Source of the DNA: Callorhinchus milii
Taxonomy: Eukaryota
Direction of reading: 5' to 3'
Length of the DNA: 64,000 nt
Assembly (NCBI RefSeq): GCF_018977255.1
Contig: NW_024704743.1
Location: 90,522,001 to 90,586,000, forward strand
Within the stretch, counting starts at the first letter, position 1. The number at the start of each line of letters is the position of its first letter. The position numbers and the translations under genes were made by a program. Below, one piece after another: positions 26,085 to 38,625 of this stretch. The notes below the pieces were generated by a model. That model saw only the letters and a list, made by a program, of their open reading frames with translations, made no database searches and was not told where the DNA came from.

Positions 26085-26637
26085 ATACACATCTGGAGAA
26101 CTACGTTCAGTTTTGGACACATCACCTCAGGAAGGATATATTAGCTCTGGAGGGGGTGCAGTGCAGATTCACCAGAATGATACCAGGGGTAAAAGGGTTA
26201 AATTATGAGGACAAGTTGCATAAACTTGTTCTCTATTCCCTTGAGTTTAGAAGCTTGAGGGGTGATCTGGTTGAGGTTTTTTAAATAATAAAGGGATTCA
26301 ACAGGGTAGATACAGAGAAACTATTTCCTCTGGTGGGGGAATCCAGAACAAGGGGACATAATCTTATAATTAGAGCTAGGCCATTTAGGAGTGAAATTAG
26401 GAGGCAGTCCTTCACCCAAAGGGTAGTGAAAATCGGAAATCTGGAACTCTCTCCCAAAAGGCTGTGGGTGCTGTTTCCATTTACATCTTCAAGACTGAGG
26501 TGGATAGATATTTGTTAGGTCAGGGTATCAATGGATATGGGGCAAGGATGGGCAATTGGAATTGAGGTACAGATCAGCAATGATGTTATAGAATGGCGGT
26601 ACAGGCTCGAAGGACTGAATGGCCTCCTCCTGTTTCT
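26085..26637 (+). mobile_element. CR1 LINE 3' fragment in CNDP2 intron, antisense to the gene
   Basis: LEGVQCRFTRMIPG..SLEFRSLRGDL..SRTRGHNL. Confidence 0.88.
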
Positions 26638-26976
26638 AAGTCAGTTGTGTCCTTGTTTGCTTAACGTGAAGTGTTTTACCACCCATAGTAAGTCATATCA
26701 AGTCCATTGTTCTCAAAGTGAACCTCTGAGGCCTGAATTTCACCTAGTCTTAGCCTGGTAAGATTATTTTGTCTTAAATTAAAGATCACACAGTATTTTG
26801 GAAAATTCTTAAAACTCAGGCTTAATTTGGAAGCTGGTTCTTTTAAGAACAGCAAAAAAAAANTCAAATGTTGATTTTCAGGTACTATGAAGACTGAAAT
26901 TAGATACAATGCCCCTCCTGGTAGCCTGGCAGCAGTCTTGTGAACAAGAATGCAAAATTGTCATTCGTCTACCAAC

Positions 26977-27118
26977 CTGTTTTGGTGGCATTTCTGCCAG
27001 CTCTATAGTGGGGGTGGTTATAGTCTGAGAGCCAGGCCTTTGCCCCATGACCCATTTCCACCTTCAGCTTGTTGGGGCTGCCATGTTCAGCAAATGCTTT
27101 AGTCAAGTAATCCACAAC
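26977..27118 (-). CDS. CNDP2: CNDP2 coding exon 9 ([47 protein letters not shown])
   Basis: 142 nt; manual translation; AG/GT boundaries. Confidence 0.95.
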
Positions 27119-27832
27119 CTAAATAAAAAGCACAAGATGAGGAATTTAAATTTGAAAGAAAGCAAAACCCTACATAGCATGAAGAGGAATGAAAATTAAA
27201 ATGCTGGTTTTATGAGATATGATTTAAGACCAGGAATTTTCAATATAAAGACACTCTTCCTCATGAGTTTAATCGGACAACAAACAAAAAATAAGCTCAA
27301 ACAGAAAAAGACAGGAAAGAGGAAATTCCTGTGTTGCTGTCAGCTCAATAACCATACAGCAAAGCATTCTATAGAAAGACAGCCCTCTATGTAGATGCAA
27401 GTGTCTTCTAATCTCCCCCCTTAACTGTTCCAATGACAATCCTGAGCTCACAACAGCTAAAATGGAGATGGACAGATGATTGAAAATTAAGGGTATGAAT
27501 CAAATGCAAGGATATAGGACTAAAAATATAAAGAGGCTGCCATAATCTAATAGAATGGCAGAGGTAATTCATTCTGATCTTACATTACTATTTCACATAG
27601 AACAGAAAAAGGGAATGGGTGTCAGCTGGGACGTTTGCTTTGGAGTCAGAAGGTTGAGGCTTCACACCTGATGTTGAGATTTGAGCTCATAATCTACAAT
27701 GAGACCCCAATATAGCGCTGCATTTTTGGAGTTGCCAATCTTTAGATGGGATGTTAAACTGAGACCCATCTGTAGCTCAAGACCAGCTACTGCAAAGTGA
27801 AGAAAGCATAGTCTCCATAGCAAAGACTGTAC

Positions 27833-27997
27833 CTGTTTCTCAACCACCTTTGGATCCATGTTTGGTACCAAACGAATAGAAAACTTCCCAATCACTTTCC
27901 TAGGAATGACAGTTTTGGATCCTGGCCCATCGAAAGCTCCTTCAATTCCATGCAGAGATAGGGATGGATACCTCCAGCGATGCATCAGAATTTCCTC
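27833..27997 (-). CDS. CNDP2: CNDP2 coding exon 8 ([22 protein letters not shown]...FSIRLVPNM...EKQ)
   Basis: 165 nt; strongly conserved CNDP sequence; AG/GT boundaries. Confidence 0.97.
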
Positions 27998-28759
27998 CTG
28001 TGAACAAAAGGCAAAAAACACAGGCTCCTGTTTAACTGCTGTAAATATGGATTCATAAGGATGTGTAAAGGTCAGAAGTAAATTTTACAAACTCTGACGC
28101 ATGCAACAGCTAATGGTCAAGGGAAGTTGTACAACTACATCTGAAGGTGACGGGAATTCAACATGGGAGAGGGGATTGGATGCCACGTTAGTCTACAAAT
28201 TATAGTCACTACACTTCACAATAAAATATCTTAAGTGCTTTGAAATGTTTTGATGTCATGATAGGATGCAATATCAAATTCCAGGATTATTATTACTTTC
28301 ATTCCCAGTTTGCTTTGAATTTAAACCTAGGTCTCAGAGGTGAAAGGAAAGTTGTTTCTGAGTCGAGAGAGGAACTCAACAACTGATCCAAGAGAGGCTG
28401 CGGAGGAGTGAAACCTTCAGTCCCTGAACTAGCTTCAGCATAACTGAGTGCAACTTTTGCACAGTCACATAGATTTACAAGCAAACAATTTCATGGACTG
28501 CATCTTCTCCAACAGAAATTGCCAATTGATTAAATGCATCAATTTCTTTTGTTTCTAATAGTGTGTCCAAATTACTTCGTGTGCCAATTATTTGGAAAGT
28601 ACAAAAGAACTAGATCACACACAACAGCCCTGTCCCAAAGAGTATCTGAATGATGAATACTCAGTGAAATAAAAACAGGTCAGTCGATAATTAGACCCTA
28701 ACCGACTGCACTAGCATTAGTGCTCTGGAGGAGATGTGTTCCTTGGGATCCACTTAGAT

Positions 28760-29097
28760 AATAATAATAATAATAATCCTTGCATTTGATATAGAGATTT
28801 TCACGTCTTCTAGATGTCTTCTAGATGTCTTCTAGATGTCTCAAAGCGCTTCACAGAAGACTGTAAAGTGAATTGACTGTATACCTGTGGGCGAAATGCA
28901 GCAACCAATTGCGCACAGCAGTGTCCCACAAACAGTCGTGGATTGAAAATGACCAATTTATTATTGGTTTTTTGGGGGGGATTATTATCAGGGGTGTGGA
29001 GAAGGAAACTTGCTCAAGGTTTCACCCTGCTGGGAATCGAACCCAGGTCTCTCGTTTGCAAAGTCAGTGCTCTAACCACTGAGCTACAGGACTCCAC
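28760..29097 (-). mobile_element. tRNA-Ala/Deu SINE, full length, intronic
   Basis: Full head, body and tail; internal triplication of tctagatgtct. Confidence 0.9.
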
Positions 29098-29381
29098 ATC
29101 TCTAACGCATATATTCCTATAATTTCTAGAGAAAACAAATGACACACAGGACTCTTCAGAGGAGTGCTGTTTACAAGAATAGTTTCAAAGTCTCTAAATT
29201 CAGCTGTGACTTATAGGCAAGAATTTAACATACAAGTTTAAATTCTCCCCTCCCCATGCATTCATCTCAAAATCTGTACTCGAAAAATACCAATGTCAAT
29301 TCACATTATGTTAAAACAAAAAGATTCATATCTTTAAAGCCAATAGACTATGCAACTTAATTCAACCATACAGAAACGTAC

Positions 29382-29542
29382 CTTAGTGCTGTGCAACAGC
29401 TGACAGGCTCCCACATCCTTGCAGTATTCATCCACGTCAAAGTCTATTTTTTGATACAGGTGCTTCTCCTCATCTTCGAGCGGTGCCACGGAGTCATAGA
29501 TCCCAGGAACGAGGATCTTTCCATTTTTGTCCACCAACTTGC
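29382..29542 (-). CDS. CNDP2: CNDP2 coding exon 7 ([19 protein letters not shown]...LLHSTK)
   Basis: 161 nt; AG/GT boundaries; homology and phase consistent. Confidence 0.96.
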
Positions 29543-30044
29543 CTATTTTAAAATGGGAATTTGGTTGGTCGTACTAGTGAGAGAGCACCTCAAAACATCT
29601 TCAGTAGGACCTTCCCCCTCCCCATACAATCAACACGGTAAAGGTTGTCGAGCAGGTGTAGACAATGGCATCTGAACAGCCCTTAGAATCTGGCAATAAC
29701 CCAAGCGATTTTTATGAGAAACTGACTGTGTGCCAATGGTTCTAGAAAGAGGCCCTGATGGCTTTCCAACAAAAACAATTGGGAAAGAGTACAAACATGT
29801 TTTAGATCAAGATGCATTGACAATGATAAGAGAAAAATAAATGTCACAATCCAGAACGAGTCTCTGTTGGACTGCCCTTATAAGAAATGTGTGCCCTCTG
29901 CAATGCCATTGCCCACCTCCCTCCACAAATGCCTACAGGAGAATTAGGTAGGAGATAAAATTAGAGAAGCACATTTAGAGATCACTTCCCTTTTGAAATC
30001 TCTAATTGTGTCAATCCAGTTTGCTACAAATCATGAGCACTTAC

Positions 30045-30129
30045 CCATTAAAGTGATCAGGTCTGTCATAGCTTCATGTATTGTACCACCAAAGACACCA
30101 GAGTGAAGATCCTTATCAGAACCAGTCAC
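30045..30129 (-). CDS. CNDP2: CNDP2 coding exon 6 ([28 protein letters not shown])
   Basis: 85 nt; DLHSG motif; AG acceptor and GTAAG donor. Confidence 0.96.
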
Positions 30130-30499
30130 CTAGATTAGAAGTGGAACAGAACAAGATTTGACCATTTATTGTATTTACAGCCGAACCCCAATTACAACTG
30201 AAAATAACCAGTCTAAATCTGGTGTCAAGGTATGGCTTCTGAAGTCAAATCAAAGAGCATGAAATATAATTCATTATCGCAACTTCAACTGATGATCTCG
30301 GAAAATGTAATAAAACTGGAAAGTCTGACATGATACTGTAAATGGTGCACCACCTAATGCTGGAATCTATAACCAGAATACATTCAGGAGTTGATTACCG
30401 TGTATATTTAGCACAACTTTAAAAAAAATATTTGTTTTACTCTTTTAAAAAATGCGATTGACGTTGGATCACAAAGGTTAAAACCAAAGAAAAATTTAC

Positions 30500-30700
30500 C
30501 TCCACATAGAAATAGCAGATACCACGGAGGCCATACGTTATGCATGGTTTGCTTTTCCCAAGCCAGTAGTTATCAGAAATGCAAATAAAATCCACACCCT
30601 TGAAGAAGGTGTCTTTACGAGCAAACACCAATTCATCAAGACCTTCTGAGCCAGATTCCTCCATACCTTCCAAGCAGAACACGAGATTGATCGGCAGTTC
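30500..30700 (-). CDS. CNDP2: CNDP2 coding exon 5 ([21 protein letters not shown]...ISDNYW...CYFYVE)
   Basis: 201 nt; EGMEESGS catalytic/metal motif and SDNY. Confidence 0.97.
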
Positions 30701-31709
30701 CTGTAAAAATATCAAACACCATTAGACCTGTCTACTTTGACCACATCAGCTATGCATTACACAAAGCGACACTTACCATCAATATAGAATTATTTCTCCC
30801 TCCCAATAAAATACTTCAGTGCAATATTACAAAACTTTACTGTAAACGGTAAAGAAAACATTCTTTCTATTTGCCACAAATCAGGAAACATTTCCATTAA
30901 CTTCACAACAAACCAGTCTTGTTTAACTAAACACTATTTTGATTTTTTTTATTCGATAAACAAACTTGCTAGGCAATAACCTTATTTCAGCAAACTGCCT
31001 CTCATTGCTGAAGTTACTGGTCTCTAATTGAAGACCACATATATTTTAAATAAAGAGCTAAAAGAACATGGCTCACAAACACCATTTACTTTATCTCAAT
31101 TGTCAATAAAAATGACATGCAATGTTTGCATTCTGATAGAGGGAAATGAACAAATCTTCCAAACTCATTTGTAATTCTTTCAAATAAAAGGGATACTTTC
31201 AAATATCTGTGCATGGTTAGAGTTCATAATTATCCAGCAGGCTTAACAACTCTTTTAATAAAGTCATGGGATAAGCAAAGTGTTGCAAGATTCATAAAAA
31301 GGGGGACATTTTTTATTCATAATAGCAAACATTTTGATTTAAGAACATAAGAATTTGCTAGTCGAAAGAAGACCAAGGTCCATCTAGTTCGCCTTCCACT
31401 ATCCTGGCAGTCGATTGACATGTCGTGTCCCATTTAAGGATTAAAATTTCTGTGATTTTTTGGATGCAGTTCAATTATTTCTTTGAGAGACTTCATAAAC
31501 ATTATGCTCACATTATAATCATAATGTCAGAGCCTTGCTCCCTCACTGAAGTTTTCACGTTGTCAAATCTCAAAAGGTTAACTTTAACAACTAGGGCAAT
31601 TAGACTTGTAAGCAAAAATCTTCAGACTGCTCTCTATCCTCCATCAAAGAAGTCAACATATTAATCGGTACAAACTGTGCACTGAAACAAAGTTCATTGT
31701 TTTTATGAC

Positions 31710-31798
31710 CTGCTTTATTTTCTGAAAAGCTTCAATGCAGTTCAGCCACGCCAACACAGGACCTTTGTCATCAGTGGAGCCCCTCCCATACAGCTTCC
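31710..31798 (-). CDS. CNDP2: CNDP2 coding exon 4 ([30 protein letters not shown])
   Basis: 89 nt; [10 protein letters not shown] motif; phase consistent with neighbouring exons. Confidence 0.96.
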
Positions 31799-31969
31799 CT
31801 GTAAAAGTTCAAAATAGTCAAGATATTAACACGAATCTGGACAATATGGAGTGAGTGGAGGGGTGGTGGAGAAAAGAGGAGCGAAAGATGAGAAAAGTAA
31901 AATAACTAACTCCATTGTAATAGTTTTGTTTTTTTAAATAAATTTAGCATGTTTATTAATTTTAACTTA

Positions 31970-32249
31970 TGGAGTCCTGTAGCTCAGTGCAAGCGAGAGA
32001 CTTGGGTTCGATTCCAGGCAGGGCGAAACCTGGGGCAAGTTTCCTTACTCCACACGCCTAATAATAATCCCTCAAAAAAAACAATAATAGATTGGTCACT
32101 TCAATCCACGACTGGTTGTGGGACATTGCTGTGTGCGTTTTGCCCACAAATATACAGTCAATTCACTTTACAGTATATTCTGTGAAGCGCTTTGAGACGT
32201 CTAGAAGATGTGAAAAGCGCTATATCAAATGCAAGATTATTATTATTAT
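31970..32249 (+). mobile_element. tRNA-Ala/Deu SINE, intronic
   Basis: Head with small deletion, body and tail. Confidence 0.9.
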
Positions 32250-35200
32250 ATAACTTTCTAATTTTCTTTCCACTGGCATTTGCCACTCTGCTCTAGGTGT
32301 GGCTTCCTCTTTCAGGAATATTCCAAACTGTACAAAATCAGAGTACAGTTCCACGGGCACTGGTTGCCCTCTAGTATCTCACCCAAGTGACGTTTGTTCG
32401 TGTGTGAGCCTTGGCAGTGAGCTTCAGACGAGCCTGACCTCTTCCCACCCAGCAACCACACACACACACACACACACACAACCAGTAGAGGGTACTGTAG
32501 AAGGGCCAGGACCAGTTAGACTGGCTGGGCTGTCTGAGAAGGGTAGGGCAATTTAGCTTCCGCATGGAGTCCTGGCTGAGATCAGCAAAGTCAGCACAGA
32601 CAGGGATTTGAACTAGCGAGCTCCTGGTCCATACACTCTAGCTCTGTACAAACCACATTGGGGCTGCCTTAGTAATTTTGGTCTCCTGAAGATTTTTTAC
32701 AAACAATGTTAAGGAGTGACCTGTTTGGGAGTCCTAAAAGAAGATGAATCAGACCGATGTATGAAAAGGGGGCGATATTGAAGGTATGGAGAGTGAACTT
32801 AGATAAGCTGGGCAACGTGGAGAAAACCAAACTGGATAACCCAATTCTACATTCTGTGCTACATATTCTACACTAACTTATGTTTACGTGAGAATAATGA
32901 TCCAATATCAGTTTGATCCACTCCTCTCCCCCACCCTTCACCCAAACCCATCTTGGGTTAAATATTCTGCACATGCAGTCAAATCACTTTGGGCCAAAGT
33001 GGCCTTTATGTAAGGGTAGCATCTCAATAAGGTGATTGGTGTGCAAACCAGGCTGTCTAGGTTGTTGCACAATGGTTTCACACAGGGTGTGGTTGCTGAA
33101 TGGAGGTGGTTGCTTGAATAGATTTGACTGTATTACAAAATCAGAAGACAGCCACTGAACTAGATCAATACTAACAAGCTATGGCAGGTGATTGCCCATG
33201 TGCATTGTCCAGTGTGTAGCACAGACCCACAAAAACAACAAAACCAGGCAAGATTCAGGCTAAATCCCATGTTTGAGCAGAGTTAAATAAAAATAAGACT
33301 GCAATGTGCTCCAGCCTGTGATAAGAGGTGTGGGTGGGCGGCAGGGGTGGGGGGAATCCAGCTGCTTTCACGGTTTTGATCTCTATTCAGTCACTGTTCT
33401 GAGATGAGAATATACATGTTGGGTGAAGACAGGACTGTGATGTTTCCATCTCCCCCACCCCCAGAGTTGTTGAATCACCTGCTGCAACTCCATGTCTTAG
33501 ACTCCCACATGAACAGCCAGCAAGGTACTGGATGCTGAATGCTACACTCAGCATGAGTCGGCATGCAAAAATGATATGTAACCATCTTAATTTGGCCCCT
33601 AATATCTAATACTTCCTTGTTGATTTCTTTCCGTTTCTGAAGAATTGTGTTTTATTCACATGACTCATCACCTACAGAGCAAGCAACAGGCAGCACATGA
33701 TTTACTTAAAAATTGATTCCCCTTTTATAAACCTATGATGTAGTCAGCCTGCTGTTACACACTCATCAAAGATGCTACGATTCCCGATATAAAATTTATG
33801 CCTTTGCACGTCTTTCAGTTAAGGTCTCATAAATTATCACTGTGTTTTTTTACAAAGAGATTAAGGTACAAATGGGGCCAAAGACTACGTTGTGCAATCA
33901 TACTAAAGTTCAGTGAGTCTTAAACCACAAGATCATCACTGCTCACAAGATAAATTCCTGATTTCAGGCAATCTGTGCAAGGTTGAGAAATGTATTTCAA
34001 ATGATAGGCAATGTAACCCTCTGCACACTGGCTTAAGAACATAGCAATGTGCAAGCAAAACAAAATATACACATACACACACACACACATTTCTCAAGTA
34101 TCCCATGAACGCACAGTTCTGTAATAATCTACATTTGAAACTCAGGTCACCAAATTCATTTTATAGTCCCCCAATTGTCACAAAATAATCAAGTGCCTAA
34201 ATGATCTTCACTTCAATTATTGCACTCTTAAACCTGGTATTATGTATGAGAAAGCCTTTGGTTTTTCAAATTTATAATAAAAGAATGAGGACTAAGCTAG
34301 TTTTAACAAAGACACATTACAGTGTCTCAGTCTCTCGTCTACTAACCCTTATCCAATAATATATGCTGTGAAAAGGACAAGTAGGTCTCTGTGTTACACC
34401 AGCAACATATTAGTCACATTGCTAGTCAATTCAAAGGGTTGAGCAAAACAAAAGCTTGAAAAGCAAGTGATCATTGGAAAGCAAATCAATGTTTGCAAAA
34501 GCATTACTAAAAAATTACTAAAGAAAAAAAACTTTATCTTAGTGAGCATTTAAATGGTTCATAACAATTGAAAAGTTTATAGACCAATTAGTTGTGGAGC
34601 TTTTGCCTTAATTTAAAAAATTCTCATCTGCGATCAAAGGCAGTGCATATGTGTGTGTGGAGGGTGTGTGGGGGGGAACAGAGGCTTAATGTGATCCATG
34701 TGGCAGAGAAAAGGATTTTTTCAGGAAAAAAATAGAAGGCAACTATTAAACCATCATATCTGCTCTGGGTTGTATTTCCAGTTAGGTTTAAATTCACCAC
34801 AACACACCAGTGATGAATCCTCACATGACACCCTCTTCATGCTTCCAGTTTCAGTCAATGTCATCAGATTTCACCATTCTTTATGGGATTTTTTTAAAAT
34901 CCAAATTTGCTTAAGCAGCCAAATTCCTCAGAAAGATGTGGCAATTCAGTATCATGACTGATGTTCACTGAGCGCACTCACTGGGATATTTGCCCACAGT
35001 ATATATTGTATAACGCTATGAGATGTCCTCCTGACGTGAAAGATGCTATAACAAATGGAAGGATTATTTTATTATTGTCCAAATTGTCCAAGGTGATCTA
35101 TCTCGCTCAGTGTTGCACAGTAAAGTGGAATTCATCAGTATCAGGGTGACTATCTTTTGATATACTCCTGTGCTAGTTTATTGTTTTGTAACTTTGAACA

Positions 35201-35584
35201 TTTAAATCACTTGAGTTACAAAGTATACTGTTCCGCCTGCAAAGCAAGTCTTGCTTTGAACCACTCTACTACTGCACCAGAAGCTGTAATATAATGGCTG
35301 CATAAAAGCTCTGTATGTTGCAAAAAAGGACTATTCCTCAATCTATCACATATTGTATCACTCAATTGTCAAATGTAAAGAGTATAATGCAATGGGACTT
35401 GATCAGGGTTCATCAAGGTATTCTGATCAGATTGAGACTGATCCAAGGTCAACTAAGTAGTTCTGAAATAGGAAACTGGAGATGGAGATAAACTGGACAG
35501 AGGACAGAGACTGAATAACTGTAAAGATCACAACATCATTACAACAACTGATGTTCGCTATCTCAAAAGGGTCCCTTTTCTTAC

Positions 35585-35747
35585 CATCTTTTTCCACCAA
35601 GGTAAAGGGGTCAGTGTTCCAGCCATCCTCAATTTTGGCAGGTTGAACATCCAAGTGTCCATAAATGCACACAGTCTTCTTTTTTGGATCATTGCCCAGT
35701 GTGGCCAATAGGATTGGTGGAAGAGGAATCTGACTTCCATCAGGGAG
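35585..35747 (-). CDS. CNDP2: CNDP2 coding exon 3 ([11 protein letters not shown]...[10 protein letters not shown]...LVEKD)
   Basis: 163 nt, AG/GT boundaries; contains the M20 metal-ligand motif GHLD. Confidence 0.97.
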
Positions 35748-35831
35748 CTGTTAGATACATTGAAGTTTTTGAAAAGATATACATTTGAAAGACGGGTAAT
35801 TTTGAGCAAGATATATTCTAATGTTTCTCAC

Positions 35832-35975
35832 CGTCTGTTGCCCAATATCGGCAAGTTCCACTGTTCCACCCAGTCGCTCTACCTCTTTGGCAACAAACTT
35901 TACCATCGCTGTGGTTTCAGCCCTCTTCTCTGGTGTTGTGGATACACTCTGAATGGCCACCCATTCTGCAAGACG
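35832..35975 (-). CDS. CNDP2: CNDP2 coding exon 2 ([12 protein letters not shown]...[10 protein letters not shown])
   Basis: 144 nt, AG/GT boundaries, recognisable homology to vertebrate CNDP2. Confidence 0.95.
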
Positions 35976-36275
35976 CTAAGAAACAAGATCACAAAGTGTT
36001 ATTAATCAATTAGGGTTTGATCACCACATCAGTGTAGGACTGGTTAAGAAGAAAGCTGATGGCTTTCCACATGATCATTATTCTGGAAATTCAATGTCCA
36101 GCTCCTGGACATCAGACTTACCTTTTCCTGTAGCTAATGTGTTAGCCAAAACTCACAATCAGAGCAAAATTGCAATATTCAGTGGAGCCTCACTATAATA
36201 CAATGTTTTGGATACATAAAATCTCAACCAAGGTGCAATAGCAAAATTGACAATCCATCCATGCATGGAACTGGC

Positions 36276-36565
36276 TTTTTTTTAAACAAAATATATATAT
36301 TTATTTGTTGACATATATTTTCGCTCGTCTCAGACAGTATCAAACCGTTACAGAAGATGCAACATGTTATTATCCCGTTACAGGCCCAGCCCCTTGTGGC
36401 GGTGGGGGGGGCGCGCTCTGCACACTCCACTTTGGTGGAGGGACCAAGGCTTCCCCTCCTCGCAGTTATAACTGGGGTCTTGTATCCCCCTACCTATCGG
36501 CCCCCTCTTAGGGGGGAGTGCGGACTGTTCCACAGCACACAGGATGTGCACACATTTTATTTCGC
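36276..36565 (-). mobile_element. Poly(A)-tailed retroposon 3' end (L1/Tx1-like)
   Basis: Minus strand ends AATAAA..A8; GC-rich body; degenerate TSD-like ccatgcat..ctgg on both sides. Confidence 0.45.
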
Positions 36566-37149
36566 CATGCATCAGCTGGTTCCCATGCTAAAAGAACAAA
36601 TGAGTGGCTCTGGGTCAGTGGGTCACTGCTGACTGTGAATGCAGAAAGCACAAGGTGATATTAGCAATAACCTGATGACCCCAAAATCAGCCATTTTGGC
36701 ATGAAAGCTGCCCAATGCACATGGAACAAAGAGGCCAGCCGCACACATGCACAGTGAACGGGGCACAAGAGGAATCAAATTCATGTTTATAACTTGGTTG
36801 CACTGTAACTGCTGACAAAGCACAAAAATATAATGGAGAACAAATCAAATTCAATATCATTTTGCTGGATTATTTCCACCTCCGTCATCTTAGATGCTTT
36901 TTGATATTTGCAATCGGAAGACACAATTAACATATAAAATCCAGTTTGCGAATATCACAAATTGGATGCCGGTATGTTTTGGACTGATATTGTGAAGCAA
37001 ACATCCTCTCTAGCATGTTACGTAGGACAAAACAACTTAAATTTAAATGTTGCCGGGCACAAAGCAGGAGGTAAAGGAAGGTGATCGCCGGCAACTTTTA
37101 AAGATAGAGAGGGCTGTTTAAACGGGGTTTAAAATGAAAGCAATGTACA

Positions 37150-37380
37150 ATAAAAACAAAAATGGAAGTCGATGGGAACACTCAGGCAGCATCTAAGGAG
37201 AAAGGAAAATGAGTCAAAGTTTTTGGGTCCACGACCCTTCATCCATTCTGACGAAGGATTGTGGACGCAAAACGTTAACTTACTTTCCTTTCTCCATAGA
37301 TACTGCCAGACCTGCTGAATGTTCCCAGCGACTTCTGTTTCAGTTTCAGATTTCCAGCATCTGCAGTATTTTGTGTTTTG
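37150..37380. mobile_element. Penelope-like palindromic terminal-repeat remnant (related pieces at 15722-15855 and 61905-62180)
   Basis: About 75-bp imperfect inverted arms around ttCTGACGAagg...aaaacgttaac. Confidence 0.65.
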
Positions 37381-37474
37381 CTATATAAACTAAAGTTAGA
37401 TAAAACAAAAGGGGAAATAAAAGTTACACAAATGAAAAATAAACGATTTGAGTTTCTTAAAACAAAAAACTTAC

Positions 37475-37534
37475 TTTGATGTACAACTCCTGATGCTCAT
37501 CGATGTACTTGAAAAGGTCAGGAAGGTACGACAT
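37475..37534 (-). CDS. CNDP2: CNDP2 coding exon 1 (MSYLPDLFKYIDEHQELYIK); exon probably starts at acceptor near 37564
   Basis: Manual translation matches the CNDP2 N-terminus (LFKYIDE.Q..YIK). 60 coding nt followed by a GTAAG donor; upstream acceptor tcctttcag. No signal peptide, favouring CNDP2 over CNDP1. Confidence 0.93.
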
Positions 37535-38135
37535 TTTTCTGACGACCAAAGGGTAGTAGGGATTCTGAAAGGAGAAGTTACGATGAATAATGCATAAATT
37601 GCTGATGAAGCAATTGAAATGCGCAGCTTCCTGCTTTTATAGCTCGACAGCAATGGAGCTCCACCTCCTAAATTCTGCAGCCACTAGAAACTCAGCCAAT
37701 TTACACTTTGCAGAAAACTTTGGAAACTTTGCCCCCTCTCTCCCTTTTTTCAAGTCCTGCCTGCAAACCTTCCTCTTTGACCGTGCTTACAGCCACCTCC
37801 CCCACCCAACCCAGTTTGGACTCAGGCTCTGCCACTTGTTAGAAAATAAAATCAGAAATAATCCGTTTGCAACCAGATATCTGACTGTTTTATTATTATT
37901 CGTTCGTTATTCCCCAATATCCCGTTGGATATTGGGGAATAACCAATATAACAGACCAAAGGCCGGTACAATCAACAGACCTTATAACAGAACAATACCA
38001 CCGTAGATATCTCGAGTTCAACACTGTGTCTTTACAGCACACAAGCTTGATTCTTCATGCTTTCAGTCTTCTTGCTTACAACTTTCAATCTTCCATCTGA
38101 TATCCTCAGTCTTAGTGTTTCTAGCTCTCAGTCTT

Positions 38136-38325
38136 CCATCTCCCGTACCCTTGTCTCCGCAGCCTGGGATGGCCTCATCTCCCATATCCTTGTCTCCGCG
38201 ACGGCCCCATCTCCCGTACCCTGGTCTCCACAACCCGGGACGGCCCCATCTCCCGTACCCTTGTCTCCGTGACCCGGGACGGCCCCATCTCCCGTACCCT
38301 GGTCTCCGCGACCCGGGACGGCCCC
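38136..38325. repeat. About five copies of a 39-bp CpG-rich tandem unit inside the LTR
   Basis: ccatctcccgtacccttgtctccgcgacccgggacggcc repeated; one copy shortened. Confidence 0.9.
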
Positions 38326-38625
38326 GTTCACAAAGTTAACGGAAGTCTTATACCGATGTTTATCCAATCATGGTGCGGACATTAGATCACCAGGTCAAAA
38401 TCATGCCGGGTGTACGTGCCTCAGCCCACATACACATTATCCTTAAGACCCCTGTTATCTGATCTAATTGTCTAAGATAGAGGATTGATCAGTTTAAGGC
38501 TGTATCTGGTGCTCATTATTTTGTGGTGTGGGATCATTAGTACATTCCTTTTAAGTGACTGGTTATTTCTTATCAGTATCCCGGGATGGTACCAAGGTTT
38601 AAGCAACTTGCTCATTAGTTGCTAC

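Noticed and set aside
35748..35831. Very short 84-nt intron
   Set aside because: It is a canonical GT-AG intron within the normal vertebrate minimal size range.
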